Positions 36,655-44,269 of a DNA stretch of 47,082 nt are shown piece after piece. The DNA lies in assembly GCA_035285125.1 (NCBI GenBank), contig JAYKHR010000135.1, forward strand, positions 1 to 47,082. The letters are read 5' to 3'. The notes below the pieces were generated by a model. The model did not search any database, was not told where the DNA came from, and saw only the letters and a list, made by a program, of their open reading frames with translations. The DNA is from Candidatus Sericytochromatia bacterium. GTDB lineage: Bacteria; Cyanobacteriota; Sericytochromatia; S15B-MN24; JAQBPE01. Numbering within the stretch: the first letter of the stretch is position 1; the number at the start of each line of letters is the position of its first letter. The translations under genes and the position numbers were made by a program.

Positions 36655-37572
36655 TTGCCTCACAAGTTCCCGGAAGCGCGCGCGCGCAAAGGCTTCACGC
36701 TCATCGAGGCCATGGTGGCCGTGGGCATCCTGGTCGCGGCCCTCGGCGCGATGGCCGGGGTGGGCGCCAGCCTGACGCGGAAGGCGCGAACACCCGACGA
36801 CGTCAGCAAGGGGGCCTGGCTGGCGGCCGAGCGACTCAACTACTTCAGGTCGCAGCACGGCGCCCTCGGCAGCGACCTCGTGCGGGGCAGCGTGTCCGGG
36901 TTCGTCGCAGCTGGCGGCACGTACTACCCCCCGCCGGCCGATGCACGCCTGCTGGGCCAGGACAAGAATCGCATCGCGGCTTACCACAACGTCGATTTCA
37001 ACCGGCGGCCGGCGTTGTTCGCGCGCGAGTACCTGTATGACACGGCGGAGGTGGCTCGCTCGGCCGTCGGTGGCGACGTCGACAGTGAGACGGCCCGGCG
37101 CCGGGCCTACGTGCCGGGGCAGCGCTTCGCCGTGAATGAGATCCCGACCACCCCGTCGCGCGTCGCAGGCAAGCAGGTCACGCGCGTGTTTCCCAACACG
37201 GGCCACGACGCCACCGTGCCCGCCAACGTGGTGCACCCGGACGCGACGCTCGCGATCCCCGCCCCTCGGGCCAACGACCACCTGCGCGAGGGGGCGTCGG
37301 TGGCGGAGCCGACGCTACGCTTCGTGCGGGAGGTCTGGGTCCAGCCGATGCACCCGATGTTCCCCGAGGCCCCGGCTGCCGGCGTGCCCGCGAATGCACC
37401 CGCCTTCGTGGTCGCCCCGCCCTACGGGGTGGCCGTGACGGTGCGGGTCTTCCTCAAGGACAGGAAGGTCCGCAACATCAAGGCGTCCCCGAACGCGAGC
37501 GGCACGGAAGGACCGGGCCACGACCCGCGCATGGTGCTCGCCGAGCTCGTCGGCATCGTGGGGATCATGTGA
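36655..37572 (+). CDS. Prepilin-type N-terminal cleavage/methylation protein (PilV-like, ~305 aa)
   Basis: RKG|FTLIEAMVAVGIL type IV pilin motif; TTG start after GGAGG (alternative GTG at 36631). Confidence 0.85.
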   Translation: MPHKFPEARARKGFTLIEAMVAVGILVAALGAMAGVGASLTRKARTPDDVSKGAWLAAERLNYFRSQHGALGSDLVRGSVSGFVAAGGTYYPPPADARLLGQDKNRIAAYHNVDFNRRPALFAREYLYDTAEVARSAVGGDVDSETARRRAYVPGQRFAVNEIPTTPSRVAGKQVTRVFPNTGHDATVPANVVHPDATLAIPAPRANDHLREGASVAEPTLRFVREVWVQPMHPMFPEAPAAGVPANAPAFVVAPPYGVAVTVRVFLKDRKVRNIKASPNASGTEGPGHDPRMVLAELVGIVGIM

Positions 37573-39170
37573 TGCAACGGCGCGGCTTCACCCTGCCGGA
37601 GTTGCTCATCGCGGCGGCCGTCGGCAGCCTGATCCTGGGCCTCTCCGTGACAGCCTTCTCGGAGATCGCGAGGACGATCGCGGCCTCGCGCTCCCGCTTC
37701 GACGCCCAGCGCCACGCGAACACCGCCCTCACGCGCGTCGGCGAGCTCGTGCGACGGGGGCACGTGTTCTACTACTCCGCGCGCCCGATGGCCGCGCAGA
37801 CGGCAGTCTGCACCGGCAGGAGCGGGACGGACCATGCGCCGCGCTCGGCGCTGCCCGAGCCGCTCGTGGACCTCGCAGAGGTGTCCGTGGCGCCCCGCCC
37901 CCCGGGTGACACGGGGTTCGCCCGGCCTGACGTGTGGCTGGCGGCCCCGACGGTCTCGAAGCGGAGGTTCCGGTTCACCTCGCCCACGGACGACGCCTCG
38001 GGCGGTGGCGACCCCAACTTCCTGCTCCGCGTGGCGCCTGGGAAACGGACGGGAGATCCCTACGACGATCGCTTCCCGGGCCCCCTGGCCTACTTCGCGG
38101 TGGCCGACTTCCGCAAGACGCTCACGGGCGACGCGAGCAACCCGACGGCCCTGCTGCCCAGGAGCTGGACCTTCTACGTGCTGTACGTGGCCCCGATGCA
38201 GCTGCAGGCCAACGACCCGAACTTCGCGATGCCCGGCAACCCCAGAGACAGCCTGGCGCCCCCCGTCACCGGCACGAACGCCGACCGCACGGCCGTGCCC
38301 TACGAGCTTCGCCTGTTGACCATCCCGGACGTCTGCGCGGGGGCCTTCAATGCGGCGGCGGGGGCCTACAACGTCACGACGGCAGATGGCTCGCTGGCCC
38401 CCAGTCAGGGGCAGTACGATCCGGAGGGGCGGCGCCTCCTGGCCCCGGGCGCCGCCCCCGGGGTGGACGCCGCCTTCCTCGATCCGCCCTTCGACTACGA
38501 TGGCCGAAGCGCCAGCAGGCGGGCCAACTACGACCCGGTGGCCATCCCGATGACCAACCCCCCGGCCGCGGCCTTCGACGAGGACAGTCTGACGACGATC
38601 TTCCGGTACACCCTGCCCTCGGGGGCGCGCACCGGCCGCCCCCCGAGCGGCCCGCGCATCGCCGGTGTCGGCCGGCATGCCAATTTCGGCATGGTGAGTA
38701 ACGACCCGCCCACGGCCGAGGTTTTCGGCAACCGGATCGCGCCGCAGTTCCCCGACGAGACGGGCGTCATCCGCGTCCGGCCCGTCACGGACACCCTCCT
38801 GATGCCATATGTCGACCCAGATACTGTGCCCGGCACCAGCGTGCGGTTCGTCAACAACGTGCATGAACCGACGGCCGCGCCCGGGGCCGACGGCCGCATC
38901 GCCCTCGGCGCGGGTGGGTTCTACCACCGCTTCGTCGAGCCCATCGGGCCCGGCTGCGACTACTTCGAGAACCGGGTCCACGCCCTCACGGGCAACACCA
39001 CGGCAGACACGGCGCTTGGCGCGTTCGGCGTCCGTCCTGCCCGAGCCCTCGTCAGCATGTCCGTGCGCTACCGATCCCGACGCGACATCCCGTTCCAGTT
39101 TTCGACCGTCACATCGGAGATTCCCCTCGATGGCATCGAACAGTTCTCCAAGGTCCGTCCCCTGCCCTGA
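37572..39170 (+). CDS. Large prepilin-type protein (PilW/PulJ-like, 532 aa)
   Basis: RRG|FTLPELLIAAAV motif; start overlaps the previous stop. Confidence 0.85.
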   Translation: MQRRGFTLPELLIAAAVGSLILGLSVTAFSEIARTIAASRSRFDAQRHANTALTRVGELVRRGHVFYYSARPMAAQTAVCTGRSGTDHAPRSALPEPLVDLAEVSVAPRPPGDTGFARPDVWLAAPTVSKRRFRFTSPTDDASGGGDPNFLLRVAPGKRTGDPYDDRFPGPLAYFAVADFRKTLTGDASNPTALLPRSWTFYVLYVAPMQLQANDPNFAMPGNPRDSLAPPVTGTNADRTAVPYELRLLTIPDVCAGAFNAAAGAYNVTTADGSLAPSQGQYDPEGRRLLAPGAAPGVDAAFLDPPFDYDGRSASRRANYDPVAIPMTNPPAAAFDEDSLTTIFRYTLPSGARTGRPPSGPRIAGVGRHANFGMVSNDPPTAEVFGNRIAPQFPDETGVIRVRPVTDTLLMPYVDPDTVPGTSVRFVNNVHEPTAAPGADGRIALGAGGFYHRFVEPIGPGCDYFENRVHALTGNTTADTALGAFGVRPARALVSMSVRYRSRRDIPFQFSTVTSEIPLDGIEQFSKVRPLP

Positions 39171-41820
39171 ACGGGCCCGCCGGGGCTCGATGCTGCCGGT
39201 GGCGCTCATCATGACCTCCGTCGTCATGGGCGTCGTGGTGGCAGGCCTCAACTGGATCAGCGCCGACATGCGGCGGTCTCAAGCGGACCGCTGGCGCACC
39301 GTGGCAACCGATGCGGCCCAGACCGGGCTCTCGATGTGCCTCGCCTGGGCCCGGTCGACCATCGACCGCACCCGGACCACACCCGTCGAGTGGGAGATCG
39401 CGGACGGCGAGGTGGTGAACCCCCTGCTCAGCATGTTCGAGTCGCCCGAGTTGAAGGGGCTGGTGCCGGCAGACCTCGGCGACCTGCCCCGAGAACAGCC
39501 CAACGTCGGCTCGCGCGCGTTCCCGACACGCATCGGCGACATCATAGAGCCGAAGGGAGCCGGCGAGTACGTGGTGGGGCGGTATGGCGACCATGTCGCC
39601 ACCGTCCGGGTGAGGCTTCAGCCTTTCCGCGTCGCGGAGGGCGCTCCCCGCCAGTACCGCATCGGCGTGGCCGGTCGCGTCTGGTCCTACGACAGCCGCA
39701 ACACGGCCGCCGGCCCCTTTCGCGGCGCCCGGCTCGTCGCTGATCGGGTGCTGATCGCCACCGTCGGGCGCCAGACGCTCTCGCGCTACGCCACCCTCAC
39801 CGACATCGACCTCGTCGCCAACTGGGTCCCGGGCGAGCGGGTGGAGGGCCCGGTGCACATCAACCGGGGCTACGTGGACGCCCCGGCAAACCTGCGGCCC
39901 GGCAACCTCTTCATCACCAACGGCCGCAGCAAGCTGTCCCTTCAGGCGCCGGGCCGCTTCAGCGTCCCGGCTGGCGCGCCTTCCCACCCGGTCTTCACGG
40001 ACACCGTGTCGATGGCGTTCGACACGCGGCCAGGCGTTTTGGAAGACGCGGCCAACTTCTCCACCGCCGTGGTCTACAACGACCAGCCCCTGACCAGCGC
40101 CGCCTACACCGCGGACATCGCGCGCGCAATCTTCCTGGCACCCGACAACCAGGCGCAGATCGACGGCAAGGCCGGGCCGCTGATGACTGGCCCCGTGGAG
40201 ATGCCTCCGAACTCTCGGGCCCGCCTCGGCGCCGTGTGCGGGATGCCTGAGGGTCAGGCGCCTTCGGGGCAAGCCTGGTTCCGGGACCTGCCAGACGGCG
40301 TCCACATCCCCACGCGGAGGATGGTCGACAGCGGCACGGCCGCCTACGGCGGGGCCGACGATTACCCGCGCGGGGGCATCTACGTGCGCGGCACCGTCGA
40401 GGTCATGCGCCTGGCCGCCACCGACACGAAGTCGTTCTACTTCTTCCAGGTTGGCTACGTCCGCCAGGGTCTCAGGCGGCGAACCTACGTCGTCATCGCG
40501 GACCGCGTCTCGCGTCAGCTTCGCCTCAAGGCCTTCGGGGCCGACTCGACCCTGGAGGCGCTCGTCGGACAGCCCCTCGCCACCATCGAAGCCCCCGTCA
40601 GCGCCAGCAATGACCCCAGGGCCTTCGCGGTCTGGAGCCCCCCGGGATCGGGCATCCCGGCCATCGCACCCGCCGAGCACACCTTTCTGGCCCCGGCGGT
40701 GGGCGGCACCGAGGCGCCCTTCAACGGGCTGATCTTCGTGGACTACTCGCGACACGACCCGGCCCGCCCGGCCAGCGGCGTGGCGCCGGCCGCCAACGCC
40801 CGGCCGCTCACGGGTCACATCCTCTCGCTCGGCGACCCCGGTGCCTCGACAGCCCCGCAGACCAAGCGGGCGTTTCCGTGGGCCTGGAGCGCCAACCTCC
40901 CCGCCGCGATGGCCGGGGCAGAGGTCGTCTGCACGGAGGACGCCGCACCCGGCGGCACGGCGCCACCACGGGCCAGCCGCCTGACAATCATCGCGGCGGG
41001 AGACATCTTCATCCAGAACCACGTCGTGGTGAAGGGCATCGCGGAGGCCTGCGGCCTCGAGAACGGCACCGACCGCCTTCGCCGGGACAACGTCACGGCC
41101 CGCCAGTCGCGAGACGTGCTCGGGATCGTCTCCGACAAGCAGATCGTCGTGGGCCTCGCGGCCCCGGCCGACGCCAACCGCGCCAACTCCGGGCTGGTCG
41201 TCACGGCCTCCCTAGCGGCCCTCGGCGACCCGGCCTACGACACGGTGACCAACACCCAGCCGCCCATCCCGGACTCGATGACCTCGCCGGAGGGGTTGGC
41301 CTACCAGCGCCGTGGCTCCTTCACCACGGAGGGGCTTATGTACGTCTGGGCGCCGGACGTGGGGGAACGCTACGACGTGCTGTGGCCTGCGGCCATGGTG
41401 GGGGGCAACGACGCCCTCTTCAACCACCAGACCGACGGCTACCCTGAGACCGGCCCAACGGCCCCGGCGACGCCGCCCTACCCCTACTCGCCCTTCTACG
41501 GCACCTCCGCGACGGCAGGGGGCCCGAACGGCAGCTACACCGGGCTGCAAGATCCACGCGTGAACAACCCGAACTTCCCCGCCACGCGCGGCAAGCTCAC
41601 GCTGTTCGGCGGCCTGGTGGCCCGCAAGCGGGGCGCCATCGGCCTCGGCAACAGCTCGTACGACAAGGACCCTCGCTACGACCAGCGCCTGCTCACGCTG
41701 GCCCCGCCGCTGTTCCCGAACTCCGTCAACCTCACGCTCCAGACGGCCACGCTGGATGCGCTGGGGCTGCCGCCCTACGTGGGGCCGCGCGCAGACGAGG
41801 CGAGGTTCCTGGAGCCCTGA
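39130..41820 (+). CDS. PilX-like pilin (no Glu5) with large C-terminal domain resembling DUF4900-type proteins (896 aa)
   Basis: RRG|SMLPVALIMT, A...AQTG, LSRYA, GPVHIN, RLTIIAAGDIFI, LGIVS, YDQRLLTLAPPLFP; GGAG RBS before ATG 39130. Confidence 0.75.
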   Translation: MASNSSPRSVPCPERARRGSMLPVALIMTSVVMGVVVAGLNWISADMRRSQADRWRTVATDAAQTGLSMCLAWARSTIDRTRTTPVEWEIADGEVVNPLLSMFESPELKGLVPADLGDLPREQPNVGSRAFPTRIGDIIEPKGAGEYVVGRYGDHVATVRVRLQPFRVAEGAPRQYRIGVAGRVWSYDSRNTAAGPFRGARLVADRVLIATVGRQTLSRYATLTDIDLVANWVPGERVEGPVHINRGYVDAPANLRPGNLFITNGRSKLSLQAPGRFSVPAGAPSHPVFTDTVSMAFDTRPGVLEDAANFSTAVVYNDQPLTSAAYTADIARAIFLAPDNQAQIDGKAGPLMTGPVEMPPNSRARLGAVCGMPEGQAPSGQAWFRDLPDGVHIPTRRMVDSGTAAYGGADDYPRGGIYVRGTVEVMRLAATDTKSFYFFQVGYVRQGLRRRTYVVIADRVSRQLRLKAFGADSTLEALVGQPLATIEAPVSASNDPRAFAVWSPPGSGIPAIAPAEHTFLAPAVGGTEAPFNGLIFVDYSRHDPARPASGVAPAANARPLTGHILSLGDPGASTAPQTKRAFPWAWSANLPAAMAGAEVVCTEDAAPGGTAPPRASRLTIIAAGDIFIQNHVVVKGIAEACGLENGTDRLRRDNVTARQSRDVLGIVSDKQIVVGLAAPADANRANSGLVVTASLAALGDPAYDTVTNTQPPIPDSMTSPEGLAYQRRGSFTTEGLMYVWAPDVGERYDVLWPAAMVGGNDALFNHQTDGYPETGPTAPATPPYPYSPFYGTSATAGGPNGSYTGLQDPRVNNPNFPATRGKLTLFGGLVARKRGAIGLGNSSYDKDPRYDQRLLTLAPPLFPNSVNLTLQTATLDALGLPPYVGPRADEARFLEP

Positions 41821-41878
41821 CCGTCGCGCTTCGAGCCCGTCGGTGACGCCTCGCACCACTGCCTCGGACATAACACGG

Positions 41879-41884
41879 TACAAT
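41879..41884 (+). promoter_or_regulatory. Putative sigma70 -10 box for the SMC operon
   Basis: TACAAT ~63 bp upstream of ATG 41947; no clear -35 box. Confidence 0.35.
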
Positions 41885-41946
41885 GGCGCGGTCGGTTGCG
41901 GCGAAGGCCGCGCCGGCCGCATCGTCTCGCCCCGTCCGGAGCCTGC

Positions 41947-43323
41947 ATGCCGCTCGAGCCACCCGCCCTGATCAGCACCCCACTGGTGCCCGAGGCCCCG
42001 CCCATGGAACACGAGGGGGAGGCCGCCGGCGCCCGGCGCCGCGCCGTCGACCATTTCCTGGCAGACGGGTGGCGGGCCGACAATGTGGAGGCCCTGCGCC
42101 TCCACCACGGCTTCCACGCGCTCTTTCCGCTGTTCCTGGCGCTGACGCGCGGCGCGAACGAGGCGGCCTTCGTGGTGCGCGTCGCCTTCATTCGCGAGCT
42201 GTTCGCCAGCTGCCGCGAGCGGTTCTGGGACAAGGACGCGATGGCACGCGTGCTGCCCTGGCTGCACCCGGATGCCCTGGACAACCTCGTCGCCACGTTC
42301 CGCCAGTACGGCTGGCTGGACTTCGACCGCGCCCGGGGCTACTTCTGGACGGAGATGGGCGTGAACGCGGCCGCGATGCTGGGGATGCTCGCACAGGCCT
42401 CGCCGCAGCGCCAGGAGATGGGCATCGCCCTCTACGGCGTGGAGTTCTGCCTGCAGATGGGCTACGACCCGCTCGACGTGCTCTACAACCTGCGCTCCCG
42501 GTTCGACGTGCTGGCGCAGACCCTGCTGGAGGCCCTCGACTCTCACTCCGAGGTGCGCCTGGTGGCCGTCCAGGATCAGCTCGACCAGTGCCTGGCCCTC
42601 TCCCAGGAGACGCGCCGGGTCCTGGACGGGCTCGACCTGTCGCGGCGGGAAATCCAGCACGAGTACCAGGCCATCCACCAGCACCTGAGCCAGCTGCACG
42701 CCTACCGCTCGGAGCTCATTCGCGTGCTCACCGGTATGGGCGAGCAGTTCGTGTCGCTGGAAGGCGGCATCAACCAGCTCGACATCACGCGGATGCTCAT
42801 GGCTGCCGACGTCGACGCGCTGGCGGCCATCGCGGCAGAGGCCTTCCGTTGCCCGGCCTTTATCCCACCGTTCTTCGACGAAAGCCTGCTGCTCTCGGCC
42901 GCAGAGTACCACCTCTTCCGCGAGCTCATCGAGGTCGAGGAGGAGGAGTGGAACGAGCCCGTGCCGGCAGCCACCACGACGATCGTCACGCACAACCGGG
43001 AGACGATCGCCGAGGCCGTGGCGGACCTCGAGCGGTACGCAGCCGCCCGCGGCCCCATCCCCCTCTACGAGTACGCCACGGTGGACGAGCCGGCTCTGGC
43101 CATGTACCGCCTGTCGCTGCTGCCCCTCGTCGGCACGCCTGTCGCGCCGGGCGAGCGCACGGACTCTCCCGTTCAGCGCCTCAAGCTGGTGCCGCTGGGG
43201 CTCGACCGACCCGAGGACGCCACCGTGCTGGTGGCCCCCACGCCCCTGATCAAGGAAATCACGGAAGCCTACCTGCGCCCGCACGCGCTGCCTCGAAAGG
43301 ATGCCCATGGACGCGCGGTTTGA
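41947..43323 (+). CDS. Putative kleisin (MksF/JetA-like, 458 aa)
   Basis: N-terminal winged-helix-like segment (LVATFRQYGWLDFDRARGYFWTEMG) followed by a long helical bundle; first gene of the operon ending in an SMC. Confidence 0.65.
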   Translation: MPLEPPALISTPLVPEAPPMEHEGEAAGARRRAVDHFLADGWRADNVEALRLHHGFHALFPLFLALTRGANEAAFVVRVAFIRELFASCRERFWDKDAMARVLPWLHPDALDNLVATFRQYGWLDFDRARGYFWTEMGVNAAAMLGMLAQASPQRQEMGIALYGVEFCLQMGYDPLDVLYNLRSRFDVLAQTLLEALDSHSEVRLVAVQDQLDQCLALSQETRRVLDGLDLSRREIQHEYQAIHQHLSQLHAYRSELIRVLTGMGEQFVSLEGGINQLDITRMLMAADVDALAAIAAEAFRCPAFIPPFFDESLLLSAAEYHLFRELIEVEEEEWNEPVPAATTTIVTHNRETIAEAVADLERYAAARGPIPLYEYATVDEPALAMYRLSLLPLVGTPVAPGERTDSPVQRLKLVPLGLDRPEDATVLVAPTPLIKEITEAYLRPHALPRKDAHGRAV

Positions 43324-44245
43324 TCCTGAGCTCGTCGCCCACGTCGCGCAGCTGGCCGAGGTGCCAGCCGAGCCCGCCCCGGTCGGCATCGCCCCCGCGG
43401 CCGACGTGCCGGAGGCGGCCCCCGAAGCCGCACCACCGACGCTCGGCCCGGCTGCCGCCTGGGCTGCCGCGCCTGCACCCGGTTCGCTCTGGGACGACGC
43501 CGGGCTCGAGCCCGAGCCCACCGCGACCGCTGCTGACGAGGGTGGGCGGGTGCCGGAAAACGACGAGATCTCTCAGCTACTCACCCCCTTCTTCCACAAG
43601 GGCTTCGTCGCGCGCCGCGAGGCCCGCGGCCTGATGGACCCGGGCAAGCGGGCTGAGGCCGAGCGCCGCCTCAACGCCGTTGGCCTCACGCTGGCCTGGA
43701 GCCCCTACTCGCGCTATTACGGCCTGGCCCTCGCGGACGGCCCCGGCCACCGGGTGGAGCGCATCACCAACATGCAGGAGCTCGACCGCAACGCCCTCGC
43801 CCTGCTCGTGGTCCTGTGGGCGCGCCTGGTGCTGCCGCAGCGCCTGGCCGAGGAAGGCCGAGAGGGCGGCGTGGCCGAGCCCGTGGTGTCCTTCGACGCC
43901 CTGAACGCCGAGTTCGGCAAGAAGCTGGGCGGTCGGCGCTTCGAGATGTACATCAGCCAGCTGAAGCGCCTCGGCTTCCTGGAGTACAACCGCAAGGACG
44001 AGATCAAGGCCGGGCCGTTCCTGGACCTGCTCGGCGACAGCCAGAAGCTCTCGGCCTACCTGCGGCAGTCGACGCTGGCCAAGGTGCTCGCCGAGCAACC
44101 CGCCGTCGAAGAGGCGGAAGACGGTGGCACGGGGATTGGCTGGCACGCGGCCGCGGCCCTGGCCGAGGCCGCGGCAGGCCCCATCGTCTGGGCCCCGGAC
44201 GCCGCCGAGGAACCACCGGCCGAAGCCGAAGCCACCGACGCCTGA
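43307..44245 (+). CDS. Putative KITE subunit (MksE/JetB-like, tandem winged helix)
   Basis: LNAVGLTL...YYGLAL, LDRNALALLVVLW, ISQLKRLGFLE between acidic disordered tails; overlaps the previous gene. Confidence 0.65.
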   Translation: MDARFDPELVAHVAQLAEVPAEPAPVGIAPAADVPEAAPEAAPPTLGPAAAWAAAPAPGSLWDDAGLEPEPTATAADEGGRVPENDEISQLLTPFFHKGFVARREARGLMDPGKRAEAERRLNAVGLTLAWSPYSRYYGLALADGPGHRVERITNMQELDRNALALLVVLWARLVLPQRLAEEGREGGVAEPVVSFDALNAEFGKKLGGRRFEMYISQLKRLGFLEYNRKDEIKAGPFLDLLGDSQKLSAYLRQSTLAKVLAEQPAVEEAEDGGTGIGWHAAAALAEAAAGPIVWAPDAAEEPPAEAEATDA

Positions 44246-44269
44246 CCCCCCCGAGGAACCCCCACGCGC

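Noticed and set aside
36514..37281. N-terminal extension of the patatin ORF to 669 aa
   Set aside because: It overlaps the pilin gene on the opposite strand; the patatin domain starts at MGKLGLVL with an RBS.
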